A DNA stretch of 64,000 nucleotides from Spirochaetia bacterium (GCA_034520965.1 JAXHMY010000002.1:480001-544000), one strand, 5' to 3'. Shown: positions 12,143 through 22,083, numbered from the stretch's first letter. Numbers and translations: made by a program. The notes: generated by a model not told the origin, from the sequence alone.

Positions 12143-12266
12143 AGTCCTACTCCCGTTTCTTCTATTATTATCCGATTATTGAATCCATTTTAAGTATAGT
12201 ATAGTGTAAAACATATCGAGGTATAAAAAAAAGCCCCAGTTTTTCTGGAGCTTAAATACTACCATA

Positions 12267-12353
12267 TGCCGGGGATGGGACTTGAACCCACACGCCAATA
12301 CTATTAGCAGGGGATTTTAAGTCCCCTGTGTCTACCAATTCCACCACCCCGGC
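12267..12353 (-). tRNA. tRNA-Leu (anticodon TAA)
   Basis: Minus strand gccggggtggtggaattggtagacacaggggactTAAaatcccct...gggttcaagtcccatccccggca; long variable arm, CCA not encoded. Confidence 0.96.
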
Positions 12354-12365
12354 GGTTCGAGTTGT

Positions 12366-12394
12366 ATATTACCTGTGACAAAAGCGCGCGTCAA
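12366..12394 (-). promoter_or_regulatory. sigma70 promoter of tRNA-Leu
   Basis: TTGACG-17 nt-TAATAT on the minus strand, 12 nt upstream of the tRNA. Confidence 0.7.
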
Positions 12395-12450
12395 CTAGTT
12401 TAAGTTGAATCCGCATTGAATCCGCATTGAGTAAACAGAGAGGAAGCTAA

Positions 12451-13266
12451 ATGAGCAGTACCACCCATAAAACTGAGCCCCACTTTGAGCTGCTGCCGGG
12501 GATGATCGATTCCCACTTTCACAGCGCCATGATGGAAAAGAAGGGAATGGATGTCCGGCCCCTCATTTCTCAGGCCCTGCAAGCCGGCCTGGCCGGAGGA
12601 ATCGATATTGGGATAGAGGCCGGCGATACGGCTCGCCGCCAATGGATACAACAGGAGTTTCCACAGATCAAACTGGCAGCCGGCCTGTACCCTGCAGAGG
12701 CCGAACATGAGGAGATTACCGGACGGATTGCCCTGCTATGCGAGGATATAGAGCGCTTTTCCCCGGCAGCAGTGGGCGAGATGGGGGTTGACCGCTATTG
12801 GAACTATGCCACGGTAGAGCGGCAGCAGGAGCTTATGCGGCGGCAGATAGAAGTTGCCAACCGCTACCGGCTGCCGATTATCATCCACAACCGGGAGGCC
12901 GATGCGGAGGTGCTGGAGGTTCTGAAGGATACCCCTCCCCGGGCAGGCGGGGTACTGCACTGCTTCTCGTCCCATGCCGGGGCGGCCCGCAGTTTTGTGG
13001 ATGCGGGGCTGTATATCTCCTTTGCCGGCAACCTGACCTATAAAAAGAGCAGTGCCCTGCGGGAGGCGGCCGCAGCAGTTCCTCTGGACCGACTGCTGGC
13101 CGAAACCGACAGCCCCTTTCTCAGCCCCCAGAAACTGCGTGGAAAGCTGAACCACCCCGGTCAGGTGGGTTTTGTGTACCGCACCCTGGCCGAACTCCAC
13201 GGGCAGGAGCTTGAGAGGCTTATTCAGCTTATCTCCGAGAATTTCGGGCGCCTGTTCGGAGGCTGA
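12451..13266 (+). CDS. tatD: TatD-family hydrolase
   Basis: IDSHFH, VGEMGVD, PIIIHNREA, GVLHCFS, LAETDSPFL. Confidence 0.93.
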   Translation: MSSTTHKTEPHFELLPGMIDSHFHSAMMEKKGMDVRPLISQALQAGLAGGIDIGIEAGDTARRQWIQQEFPQIKLAAGLYPAEAEHEEITGRIALLCEDIERFSPAAVGEMGVDRYWNYATVERQQELMRRQIEVANRYRLPIIIHNREADAEVLEVLKDTPPRAGGVLHCFSSHAGAARSFVDAGLYISFAGNLTYKKSSALREAAAAVPLDRLLAETDSPFLSPQKLRGKLNHPGQVGFVYRTLAELHGQELERLIQLISENFGRLFGG

Positions 13267-13281
13267 GCCCTTAAATGCTCG

Positions 13282-14580
13282 TTATTTATTCAGGATAATT
13301 ACTTCTACCCGGCGGTTCTGTGCCCGCCCCTCTTCGGTATCGTTGGGGGCAAGCGGTTCGTCCCCGCCGATGCCCTGATACACAAAGCGCGAAGGAGCCA
13401 GCCCGCGGTCTACCATCTGGTCTATAATAGTTTGGGCCCGTTCGACCGAGAGCTTGTATTGGCTCTCTTTGCTGCCCACATCGGCGGTATGTCCCTTCAC
13501 CATAATGCTAGCCTCGGGCACCTTGTTCAGCAGGGAGGCTAATGTATCGAGGCGGTTTTTCTCTCGGGGGAGAATTTTGGCCTGGTCCGGATAAAAGTGT
13601 ATCCGCGGCAGGTTCAGGGTGATGCCTTCGGTACTGCGCTCGATTTGAATCTGCTGATCCTCTTCTTTTTTACCTTTACCAGTAACCCCTACCGGTTTTT
13701 CTTCCTCCTCCTGCAGGGCGGCGATCATAGTTCGTTCAAGCGATTCGATTTCACCAAGGGAAACACCCCGCCCCCAGGTGAGGCGGAAGCCTTCCTCGCG
13801 TTTGGCCGGCGTGCCGTATTTCAAGTAATGTCGGGTAAGCCGCTCGCTGATAAAATAGCCGCCCCCCTCGTTGTCTTCATCAATAAAGAGGGCTATTTCG
13901 CCGGTGGATAGGCCCCGGATTTCAGTTGAGTCGGTAGTATAGGGGCTGTGATCGTAGTAGGTATAGGAGAAGTCGATTACCTGAGCCGGGCGCTCCATGT
14001 ACTGCATCTCGCCCCGGTAACTGAAGCTGGAGTGGAACGGGGCTGGAATGAGAGTTCCGTCCTCCAGGTACACCGCATCGCGGCCGTCGGCTTTCCAGGT
14101 GTCGCCGGGGGCTATATCGCCTTCCGGGATTACCGGGAAACCGGTGCGTATCGGCAGTTCGGAGCCTTCGACCGGTGCAAAGCCCTTAGCGGATACGCGG
14201 CAGCTGATGGAAATTTCGCGGTCCACCGGCTGCAGGACTCGAAGGGTATCGCGGGTGAGGGTTTTGATGAGGTAGACACTGCCCCGGTAGAGTGCACCGG
14301 CTGAATCGGAGGTGCCGGAGGAAGCGGCGGCGGCGCTTCCGGCGGTACGCTGCAGATATACCCGTCGTCCACGGTACTGCAGGCCCTGATAGCTGTTTCC
14401 CTGGTAGACCCGCACGTTTTCGCGCTCGGTATGGGCGTAATGGGCTGCAGGTTGAAAGGCGTCTATATAAAGCTCCTCGGCCTGTATAAGCGGAGAGGTG
14501 CTTAATAAGAGAAACAGAGCTGTCAAGCCACAAAAAAAGGGACCCCCAAAGAGGCCCCTGATCTTGCTGAAGGTATACAC
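13282..14580 (-). CDS. OmpA-family protein
   Basis: N-terminal signal peptide; C-terminal IHFYPDQAKI, KGHTADVG, LSVERA, GRAQNRRVEV. Confidence 0.88.
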   Translation of the reverse strand: MYTFSKIRGLFGGPFFCGLTALFLLLSTSPLIQAEELYIDAFQPAAHYAHTERENVRVYQGNSYQGLQYRGRRVYLQRTAGSAAAASSGTSDSAGALYRGSVYLIKTLTRDTLRVLQPVDREISISCRVSAKGFAPVEGSELPIRTGFPVIPEGDIAPGDTWKADGRDAVYLEDGTLIPAPFHSSFSYRGEMQYMERPAQVIDFSYTYYDHSPYTTDSTEIRGLSTGEIALFIDEDNEGGGYFISERLTRHYLKYGTPAKREEGFRLTWGRGVSLGEIESLERTMIAALQEEEEKPVGVTGKGKKEEDQQIQIERSTEGITLNLPRIHFYPDQAKILPREKNRLDTLASLLNKVPEASIMVKGHTADVGSKESQYKLSVERAQTIIDQMVDRGLAPSRFVYQGIGGDEPLAPNDTEEGRAQNRRVEVIILNK

Positions 14581-14587
14581 CGGTAAA

Positions 14588-15307
14588 CTACCAGTTGTCG
14601 CTCATGTCATCGACATCGCGACTCTCTTCGGCAAAGAGATCGGTGGTAGCCCGCAGGCCGTCGAAATAGATGTAATAAGTACCGAAGGTCTCCTCCAGAT
14701 CCATATCTATACGAAAACCTTCAACCTGTATTCCCATCTTGTTGCTGTAGTGGTAATCCCGCTGTTTTATGTTGGTTGGGATAGTTGCAACCATTTTTTT
14801 CCAGCCGGTAAAGTTGAGCTTGCCCATGGTAACCTCGCCACTATTTCCGAACTGATCGCGGATAAGGACCTTCAGGGTATGCGGCGAATTTCGACCTACA
14901 ACCCATAAGGACAAGGTTTTGCTTATACCTTCGACCGGCAGTGGTCGTGAAGGGAGAATTGACACGTGGTGCAACCCCCGTTTGAAAAACTCGACCTTTG
15001 CACCCAGCACCTTATCATCGTCAAGATCAATACCAGCTTCCTGCTCCCCTTCTAAAGGCTCTTTGTCTAAAGGAGCACCTTGGAGGCTGCGGATGGTGAC
15101 GATTCCTTGATCATGGGGCATGGAGGCACCCCAAAAACCGGCGTCTTCAAACTTCGATATCGAAACAGTTCGCAGCATCTGCTGCGCCGAGTCTACTCCC
15201 AGCTGCTCAGGTTGTGGCTCGCCCACATCTTCGACCTGAGCGAAAAGAGATAGCGAACTTACGAATAGTAAAACGAAAAGTAGAATTATGCTCTTACGTG
15301 CTTTCAT
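14588..15307 (-). CDS. flaA: flagellar filament outer layer (sheath) protein, FlaA family
   Basis: Signal peptide MKARKSIILLFVLLFVSSLSLFA; VLGAKVEF, LSLWVVGRN, MGKLNFTGWKKM, YYIYFDGL. Confidence 0.85.
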   Translation of the reverse strand: MKARKSIILLFVLLFVSSLSLFAQVEDVGEPQPEQLGVDSAQQMLRTVSISKFEDAGFWGASMPHDQGIVTIRSLQGAPLDKEPLEGEQEAGIDLDDDKVLGAKVEFFKRGLHHVSILPSRPLPVEGISKTLSLWVVGRNSPHTLKVLIRDQFGNSGEVTMGKLNFTGWKKMVATIPTNIKQRDYHYSNKMGIQVEGFRIDMDLEETFGTYYIYFDGLRATTDLFAEESRDVDDMSDNW

Positions 15308-15311
15308 CTGT

Positions 15312-16049
15312 TTACTCCCCTTCCGATTCCCAGATCTCTTGGACTCGTTCCGGCTGGGCAAGCTTGTCACCGTCGAACCGAGAAATGAAAACATCGGTCA
15401 ATACTTTTATTTGATCGATATACACATAACAGTTATGCACCCGTTCAGTCGGTTTTGTCCATAACACGATTTTATCCAGCTGCAGACCTGCTAAATATGG
15501 CGCATAGCTTTGTGACACCGGGATGTAAGAGGGAATATCTCTTCCCAGATTTTTCCACCCGACGTAGTTTAGGCTCCCCATATTTAGAGTGTGGACTACC
15601 CCGCGATAATCACGCAGGTGTATTTCCATATAATAATCGAAATCGGAGCCCCAGACCCAGAAATCAATTTGTTGTACCCGCCCCGGTATGGGAATAGGAT
15701 TGTGGACGGTTTCGCCTTCCTCATTCTCAGTCACCGGAATAAACTCGATGTTGTTATATCCCTGCCGGTCAAATTTGAAATGCGTCCCTAAAACTTCCCT
15801 CGCGTCATTTTCAGGATTTGCGCCAAACAACGCATCCGGCCAAGTTTGGGCATACGCCTTCTTGGGAAAGCCCTCTGTGATGAACTTGCTGCCGCGCACG
15901 AGCCAGTCTGTAGTTCGTGTATCAGGGTCAAATGACTCTAATATTCTCGATTCAAGGTTCATCGTCTTCTCATCGGCAACTAGCAGCGTTGGCGTAAGAA
16001 GCAGGAGAAGCATTAGAAGACACACTAAATGCAGGCTGCCTTGTCTCAT
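15312..16049 (-). CDS. flaA: flagellar filament outer layer (sheath) protein, FlaA family
   Basis: Signal peptide; FDRQGYN, IPIPGRVQQIDFWVWG, MGSLNYVGWKNL, VYIDQIKVLTD. Confidence 0.85.
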   Translation of the reverse strand: MRQGSLHLVCLLMLLLLLTPTLLVADEKTMNLESRILESFDPDTRTTDWLVRGSKFITEGFPKKAYAQTWPDALFGANPENDAREVLGTHFKFDRQGYNNIEFIPVTENEEGETVHNPIPIPGRVQQIDFWVWGSDFDYYMEIHLRDYRGVVHTLNMGSLNYVGWKNLGRDIPSYIPVSQSYAPYLAGLQLDKIVLWTKPTERVHNCYVYIDQIKVLTDVFISRFDGDKLAQPERVQEIWESEGE

Positions 16050-16069
16050 TTATAAACTCCTTTTTACTT

Positions 16070-16200
16070 CAGGCGTTACAAAAATAGTTGATTTTTGAAG
16101 CGCCAAGGCCTTTAGTATTTTTAATTATTTATCTAAAAAATAATTAAAAGTTCGACCCTATATTGAAGTTCTTTCAAAATGTCCATTTTGAAAGAACCTC
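16070..16200. mobile_element. candidate 131-bp hairpin-ended miniature element
   Basis: Terminal hairpins (16072-16104, 16168-16197), central AT hairpin, ACTT on both flanks (16066-16069, 16201-16204). Confidence 0.4.
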
Positions 16201-16307
16201 ACTTACAATAATACACAACCGTAAGCACTTCGAATTATATTTCGTAGCCAAATGTTTGTCAAATCTTTTTCTAAAAAGACGTAACAAAGCACACTAAAAT
16301 TATTTTC

Positions 16308-17423
16308 TTACCTGAAAGCGAAGCGCAAAACGCCTGATCGAAACCTGTATCGGGTGAATTCGTCGCATGTTTCAGCAACTCGTTGAAAGTGGTTTTTATG
16401 TCGATACTTATCTGAGGCCTTTACTCCCGTGGGCCATCCGCTCAATGCTCCGTTTCCGAAGACCACCGCCCGGGCGCCGCGGTTTTCTATGCGTGTAAGC
16501 AACTCCTTAAGTGCTTCGGGCTCTCCATCCAGGATCACAAGCAAAGCTTCTGAAGTTATTTCGAGACTATTTCCTTCGCCCACCGAGCCGGTACTGTTCT
16601 GTCCGGTGCTGTTCAGCTCGTCTCTCCGCTGTTCGCTTATGTCTACCAATATGACTTCTTGGCTCGTCAGCTGAGCGGCGAGCTCCGTGTGTACTTCCAC
16701 AGCAAAGTCCTCCGAGAAGTGCCCATCCCGGCTCCAGACAAGCTGAATGGGCCGGCCATTGCTTTCTGTGGTGGATTCCGAGGAGGATTTTGAGGAGGAG
16801 ATGAGAGGCGCCAGCCCCTCGCCCATAGCCCGAGCTAATCGCTGCGGGTCTAAGTACAGCACTGTTAACCGAGAAGTCGCATCGGGAGATAGTTCGGATT
16901 GTGATTCGGATTGTGTTTCAGATTTTGATTCGGAAGGCAAAGTTGAGGTTAGAGCATTTTGACTGCCTATCTCCGACCCAGCCGCCGTTTCCCACACCAC
17001 AAGATTGCTCCCCGAACATGCCTGCAGCAGCGTGGCGGGCTCGATGAGCGAAGAGAGATACGGAGATAAAAGAAACCATGCCCCCCTCCGGGAGCGGCAT
17101 ATCGCCTCGAGTTCAGCCTGTCCGGCCTGTTCAAAGGGTATGCTTACAATTCTGGGTAGATAAAAGTGATTCAACAGGTTGATCTTCAGCTGCTCTGCGG
17201 TGTGCTCTGGTTCCAGATACGCCGACTTCCATACAGGGTCGGTCAGAATGACAACTTGTCGCTGCAGTGCCAAATACCAGGCTGTCCCGCTGAGAAGCAG
17301 GACTACTAGTATAATGACAAAAATAGTGCGTATTCGCCCTGCCGGCCGGTATGGATTCAGTCTTGACTCTGTTCTCTGCTGCCGATGTTCATGCTGTCTT
17401 TCATCTTGTCCTTTTGAATTCAT
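16308..17423 (-). CDS. hypothetical membrane-anchored protein
   Basis: Long ORF, one TM segment (IFVIILVVLLLSGTAWYLAL), Ser/Glu-rich linkers; start placed at MNSK. Confidence 0.65.
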   Translation of the reverse strand: MNSKGQDERQHEHRQQRTESRLNPYRPAGRIRTIFVIILVVLLLSGTAWYLALQRQVVILTDPVWKSAYLEPEHTAEQLKINLLNHFYLPRIVSIPFEQAGQAELEAICRSRRGAWFLLSPYLSSLIEPATLLQACSGSNLVVWETAAGSEIGSQNALTSTLPSESKSETQSESQSELSPDATSRLTVLYLDPQRLARAMGEGLAPLISSSKSSSESTTESNGRPIQLVWSRDGHFSEDFAVEVHTELAAQLTSQEVILVDISEQRRDELNSTGQNSTGSVGEGNSLEITSEALLVILDGEPEALKELLTRIENRGARAVVFGNGALSGWPTGVKASDKYRHKNHFQRVAETCDEFTRYRFRSGVLRFAFR

Positions 17424-17435
17424 ACACTGCCCGTC

Positions 17436-17464
17436 TTGACCCCCCTCCAGGAGATCGTTAGAGT
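17436..17464 (+). promoter_or_regulatory. sigma70 promoter of fba
   Basis: TTGACC-17 nt-TAGAGT, then AGGAG RBS. Confidence 0.55.
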
Positions 17465-17492
17465 GTAGCATATAAAATGAAAGGAGAGGAGT

Positions 17493-18491
17493 ATGTATTC
17501 ATACAAAAGTCTCGGTCTTGTAAATACAAAGGACATGTTTCAAAAGGCAGTGAAAGGCGGCTACGCTATTCCTGCCTACAATTTTAACAACATGGAACAG
17601 CTGCAGGCGATTATTCAAGCCTGCGTGGAAACCAAATCACCGGTTATCTTGCAGGTATCGGCGGGCGCCCGTAAATATGCAAACCAGACCATGCTGCGTT
17701 TTATGGCCCAAGGCGCGGTTGAATATGCAAAAGAGTTGGGATACGAAATTCCCATCACCCTGCATCTTGACCACGGTGATTCCTTTGATATCTGTAAAGA
17801 TTGTATCGACAGCGGTTTTTCTTCCGTCATGATTGACGGTTCGCACCACTCTTATGAGGAAAATGTGAAGCTTACTAAACAGGTTGTTGACTACGCCCAT
17901 TCCCAGAATGATTATGTGACAGTCGAAGGTGAGCTGGGAGTATTGGCCGGTATTGAGGATGATGTGGTGGCTGAAGAATCGCACTACACCCAACCCGAAG
18001 AGGTTGAAGATTTTGTCAAAAAAACCGGTGTAGACAGCTTAGCTATTTCCATCGGAACCAGCCACGGGGCAAACAAGTTCACCCCCGATCAGTGCACCCG
18101 AAATGAAGAGGGTATTCTGATACCTCCCCCACTTCGCTTTGATATTCTGCAGGATATCGAGAAGATCCTTCCGGGATTCCCGATTGTTCTGCACGGTTCT
18201 TCCTCAGTTCCCGCTGAGTACGTGAATGTTATCAACAAATACGGCGGACAGATGAAGGATGCGGTAGGTATTCCTGAGGAACAGCTGCGAAAGGCAAGCA
18301 AATCGGCGGTCTGTAAGATCAATATTGACTCCGATGGTCGTCTGGCAATGACCGCAGCAATCCGCGAAGTAATGGCCAAAAAGCCTGAGGAATTCGACCC
18401 TCGAAAGTATCTCGGCCCCGGCCGTGATTCACTTAAAAAGTTGTATGCCCATAAAAACGAGAATGTGTTAGGTTCTGCCGGTCGCGCTTAA
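17493..18491 (+). CDS. fba: class II fructose-1,6-bisphosphate aldolase
   Basis: AYNFNNMEQ, LHLDHG, SVMIDGS, VEGELG, AISIGTSHG, VLHGSS, KINIDSD, FDPRKYL. Confidence 0.96.
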   Translation: MYSYKSLGLVNTKDMFQKAVKGGYAIPAYNFNNMEQLQAIIQACVETKSPVILQVSAGARKYANQTMLRFMAQGAVEYAKELGYEIPITLHLDHGDSFDICKDCIDSGFSSVMIDGSHHSYEENVKLTKQVVDYAHSQNDYVTVEGELGVLAGIEDDVVAEESHYTQPEEVEDFVKKTGVDSLAISIGTSHGANKFTPDQCTRNEEGILIPPPLRFDILQDIEKILPGFPIVLHGSSSVPAEYVNVINKYGGQMKDAVGIPEEQLRKASKSAVCKINIDSDGRLAMTAAIREVMAKKPEEFDPRKYLGPGRDSLKKLYAHKNENVLGSAGRA

Positions 18492-18564
18492 GCTGCTTAC
18501 ATCAGCGACTGCGTACATCAGCGATGAGGCGGCAGTAGAGTTTTAGTACCAGCTCGCGCAGCAG

Positions 18565-18594
18565 CCGCAGCAACCGGAGACCCAGTTGCTGCGG
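18565..18594 (+). terminator. hairpin between convergent genes
   Basis: ccgcagcaac-cggagaccca-gttgctgcgg. Confidence 0.5.
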
Positions 18595-18627
18595 TGTTGG
18601 GTACTTTTATTGGATTCTAGGGAAATT

Positions 18628-19275
18628 CTAGGGAATGAGGCGTCGTTTAGTGAGGAACATTGCAAGGACCACACTGAGGACGATTAACAGAACTGCACAG
18701 GCCAACGCATAATACTCAAAACCTGTAATTTGTAACAAAGGAATGAGAGAGTACAGAATAGGCGGTACTGCTATTAGTGCCAGTAGCAGATAACGCTTCC
18801 AACCACCGGTTACAAAAAAGAAATACACAAGTGCCGATGCTATCCAGAATGCTAATAACAGCAACACGGGATAAGCAAACAGGTTGTAAGAATTTAACGT
18901 GGAGACATTTATAACCGCATGAAACACCCCAATAAAAGAGATATAGCCGGTGAAGAAAGCGGCTATGCTGATAAACAGTGGTTTTCCGTAACTTACACTT
19001 ATTTTACGCCTTTCCCAGACAAAAAAGAGGGCTAAAGCGGCTATAAAAAACAGCAAAAAATCGGTTATAAAGAACCGAGTATACAGGGCACCCTGCCTGT
19101 ACAGCACGGGATATATGTCTATAATGAGTAATATAGGCAGCACAGAAACAGCAAATGCTGCTATTCCACGTAAATAGGGACGCCAAAACTCAGGACCCTC
19201 ATAGTAGCCGGGATACATGTGTCTAAAATAGAGTAATGCTCCGGCGGGTATTGAAAAGATTAAGAATATTACCAT
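18628..19275 (-). CDS. hypothetical multi-pass membrane protein
   Basis: 215 aa with about 7 hydrophobic segments. Confidence 0.7.
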   Translation of the reverse strand: MVIFLIFSIPAGALLYFRHMYPGYYEGPEFWRPYLRGIAAFAVSVLPILLIIDIYPVLYRQGALYTRFFITDFLLFFIAALALFFVWERRKISVSYGKPLFISIAAFFTGYISFIGVFHAVINVSTLNSYNLFAYPVLLLLAFWIASALVYFFFVTGGWKRYLLLALIAVPPILYSLIPLLQITGFEYYALACAVLLIVLSVVLAMFLTKRRLIP

Positions 19276-19338
19276 AGCAGCCCGAGAGTATCACTAACGC
19301 CGCTTTAGTGCAACTAGAACAGGCAATTGAAACATGAA

Positions 19339-19782
19339 CTATAGCAGTTGTTCAAGTTCGAATCGATCCTCAAGCAGGGCTATATGCCGTTTCTCCTCCT
19401 CATAGAGGCTGTGCAACAACTCCTTAAGCCGGAGCGATTTACATACAGCCTCGCTCTCATAGTAGAGCTGTCCCGTATATTTTCCCATCTCCAGCATATG
19501 TTCAAGATATTTCAGCCGAGGCAGCTGGGTGAGTTCTTCTAATGCTATGCTGATGTCGGATATGCGGCTCATTAAGTCCGCAATAGTCTGAGTGTGCGCC
19601 GAACAGCCTGAGAGCTCAGCAGCATGTTCATCAATAGTTTCCTGCTGCGATCGCTCCTGACTGTGCATTGAATTAAGAAACTTTCGCAATCCCTCGTCTT
19701 GTGCTGCAAGGGAGCAATGTTTATAGGCGTCCTGCAGGTAACTGTTGTGCTGTTTTAATAAAGAGTATAGATCCCGGCTCAT
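19339..19782 (-). CDS. ferritin-like/rubrerythrin-fold protein (degenerate)
   Basis: Four-helix pattern with C-terminal LYEEEKRHIALL (ExxH). Confidence 0.55.
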   Translation of the reverse strand: MSRDLYSLLKQHNSYLQDAYKHCSLAAQDEGLRKFLNSMHSQERSQQETIDEHAAELSGCSAHTQTIADLMSRISDISIALEELTQLPRLKYLEHMLEMGKYTGQLYYESEAVCKSLRLKELLHSLYEEEKRHIALLEDRFELEQLL

Positions 19783-19859
19783 AGTTTCACCTCTGCTTTA
19801 TAGTACTGTAGCTATTCTATCATAATATGGGTATTTCCATCACCCCGGGAATTCTATCT

Positions 19860-20000
19860 CAGCGATTCTCAATTTGGAAGTCAAAAGACTTCCAAATTGA
19901 GAATTCGCATCAATTTGTTTGCAAAATTTTATATATCTCAACTTTTGGAGGCATTCTCATTTTGGATAGTGTATTACACTATCCAAAATGAGAATAGCTG
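19860..20000. mobile_element. 141-bp MITE-like element, copy A, 9-bp target duplication ATTCTATCT
   Basis: Ends CAGCGATTCTCAATTTGGA / TCCAAAATGAGAATAGCTG; identical 9-mers at 19851-19859 and 20001-20009; perfect 18-bp and 20-bp terminal hairpins. Confidence 0.88.
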
Positions 20001-20068
20001 ATTCTATCTTATTTCGGCATAAAGTATGCTTTTAGCTGTATTTTTATTGGCTGCAACAGCTTGACCAT

Positions 20069-20097
20069 TTGACCTTTTCTAAGCTGAATGCTATATT
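20069..20097 (+). promoter_or_regulatory. sigma70 promoter of the infC operon
   Basis: TTGACC-17 nt-TATATT with TGn extension. Confidence 0.65.
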
Positions 20098-20132
20098 AAC
20101 AACCACTTTGACGTTCTCGATAAGGAGGAAGA

Positions 20133-20660
20133 TTGGCTGCAAAAGATTTAAGGATCAATAAGCAGATCCGGGTAAGAGAAGTTCGCGTAATCGATCATGA
20201 GGATAAGCAACTGGGGGTAATGCCCACTCCGCAAGCCATCGAACTTGCACAAGAGGTAGGTGCCGATTTAGTTGAAGTAGCGCCACAGGCTAATCCTCCG
20301 GTATGCAAAATACTAGATTACGGAAAATATAAGTTCGAGCTTGAGAAGAAGCGTAAAGAAGGTAAGAAAAAACAGAAACAGCTTAAGCTAAAAGAAATTA
20401 GAATGCAGCCAAAGATCGAGAAACATGATCTTGAGTTCAAAACTAAGCATGTAAGTGATTTTTTGGAAGAAGGAAACAAGGTAAAGGTAACCGTACGGTT
20501 TCGTGGCCGTGAAATGGCGCATACCGAGCTTGGACGAGATGTACTTATGCAGATACTCGCCAACCTTGACGAACTTGATACAAAATACAATGTCGACAGA
20601 AAGCCTCAAATGGAAGGTCGGTTCATGTCGATGATTCTTAGCCATAAAAGCAAGAAATAA
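20133..20660 (+). CDS. infC: translation initiation factor IF-3 (TTG start)
   Basis: [51 protein letters not shown]. Confidence 0.97.
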   Translation: MAAKDLRINKQIRVREVRVIDHEDKQLGVMPTPQAIELAQEVGADLVEVAPQANPPVCKILDYGKYKFELEKKRKEGKKKQKQLKLKEIRMQPKIEKHDLEFKTKHVSDFLEEGNKVKVTVRFRGREMAHTELGRDVLMQILANLDELDTKYNVDRKPQMEGRFMSMILSHKSKK

Positions 20661-20695
20661 AGACTAATACACTAGTAGAAGCGAGGAAAGATAGT

Positions 20696-20896
20696 ATGCC
20701 TAAAATGAAAACCAGAAAATCAGCAGCAAAGCGTCTGCGCGTAAGCTCAAACGGCAAAGTAAAATACAAGAAAATGGGGCTGCGACACATTCTGACAAAA
20801 AAGAGCACGAAACGGAAAAGAAACCTGCGGCAGGCAGGGATTCTGCATCCAACCGAAGAGAAAAAAGTACGAAAACTGCTGCCTTACAAGTTCTAA
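20696..20896 (+). CDS. rpmI: 50S ribosomal protein L35
   Basis: MPKMKTRKSAAKR...RHILTKKSTKRKRNLR. Confidence 0.97.
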   Translation: MPKMKTRKSAAKRLRVSSNGKVKYKKMGLRHILTKKSTKRKRNLRQAGILHPTEEKKVRKLLPYKF

Positions 20897-20945
20897 GGAA
20901 TCTATCCGGCAGCTACACACTGATAATTGATACAAGGAGATAGAT

Positions 20946-21305
20946 ATGCCACGCGCAACTGATGGAACACGTCGAAAAGATAGACGCAAAAAAATACTCG
21001 ATAAAGCAAAAGGCTATTGGGGCCGGCGCAGTACGAATTTTAGAACTGCTAAAGATGCAATCGCGAAAGCAGGGCAATATGCATACCGCGACCGTAAGCG
21101 CCGCAAACGCGATTTTCGCCGTTTGTGGATAACCAGAATTTCAGCTGCCTGCCGAGCCGAGGGTCTGAGTTACTCCCGCTTTATGAACGGGCTCGCAAAA
21201 GCTGAGATCGATATTAACCGAAAAGCTCTCTCCAATATGGCTATTGAGGATAAACCGGCTTTTTCCGAGCTGGTCGCCAAAGCCAAAACAGCGTTGGGAG
21301 ATTAA
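20946..21305 (+). CDS. rplT: 50S ribosomal protein L20
   Basis: [40 protein letters not shown]. Confidence 0.97.
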   Translation: MPRATDGTRRKDRRKKILDKAKGYWGRRSTNFRTAKDAIAKAGQYAYRDRKRRKRDFRRLWITRISAACRAEGLSYSRFMNGLAKAEIDINRKALSNMAIEDKPAFSELVAKAKTALGD

Positions 21306-21308
21306 TGT

Positions 21309-21779
21309 ATGGTAACTATTGAGCAGATACGTCTTCTTGATAAAAAGGTTCATAGCGCTGTAGAGCGTATCGGCCTTCTTAAACAGGAGAATCAGTCGCT
21401 CAAGTCAAAGCTTGGAGATTACGAGAACCGAATATCCGAATTGGAGCGGCTCATTGATACCTTCAAGCAGGATCAGGGAGAAATTGAGCAGGGAATTACG
21501 AATGCATTGGACGAACTGAACCGGCTTGAAGATGATTTGGACGAACAAACACCAGATGAACAATCACCAGACGAACAACCGTCCACAAAAAGAGGTTCAT
21601 CCGATAATTCCGCTGCAAATGAAACAAGTTCCGCCCCCGGCGAGGACAGTGGTGATGCACAATCCCCTGTCCCCTCCCCGTCTATAGTACAAACTGAAGA
21701 AGAAGAAACACCTGATGCGGATTCAGAAGATTCTTCTAATGATGACGACTCCCGTACGGGGGAGCTGGACATTTTTTAG
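21309..21779 (+). CDS. ZapB-like coiled-coil cell division protein with acidic tail
   Basis: EQIRLLDKKVHSAVERIGLLKQENQSLK coiled coil; immediately upstream of zapA. Confidence 0.7.
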   Translation: MVTIEQIRLLDKKVHSAVERIGLLKQENQSLKSKLGDYENRISELERLIDTFKQDQGEIEQGITNALDELNRLEDDLDEQTPDEQSPDEQPSTKRGSSDNSAANETSSAPGEDSGDAQSPVPSPSIVQTEEEETPDADSEDSSNDDDSRTGELDIF

Positions 21780-21783
21780 TAAG

Positions 21784-22056
21784 ATGGAAGGTGATCCCGT
21801 TCGCATACATTTGCTCGGAACCAGTTTTACTATCAAAACCAATGAAAACCCGGAGTATGTACAACAACTGGTGCATAAGGTTGAAAAACAGTTCGAGCAA
21901 ATTCGCAGAAGTATGGGGGTTACTGATCCTTTACGGACTGCCATCATTTCAAGTATACTAACAGTAGATGAACTGCAGAGATTGCAGCAACAATCGGTTG
22001 AGGCTGAATCGGTCACTATGGACTTGATTGAACTCATCGATCGTACTATAGAGTGA
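21784..22056 (+). CDS. zapA: cell division protein ZapA
   Basis: VRIHLLGTSFTIKTNENPEYV...AIISSILTVDEL; followed by 6S RNA. Confidence 0.8.
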   Translation: MEGDPVRIHLLGTSFTIKTNENPEYVQQLVHKVEKQFEQIRRSMGVTDPLRTAIISSILTVDELQRLQQQSVEAESVTMDLIELIDRTIE

Positions 22057-22083
22057 TCTATAGTTAAAATACAGAAAAATGTT

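Noticed and set aside
11795..12353. Possible genomic island integrated at tRNA-Leu carrying the hyd and TRAP genes
   Set aside because: No integrase, no duplicated tRNA 3' end seen, and the core gene yhbY lies between the tRNA and the accessory genes.
19851..20009. Palindromic repeats separated by a spacer, considered as a mini CRISPR array
   Set aside because: Only two non-identical units, bounded by a target duplication, and no cas genes in the window; a miniature mobile element fits better.
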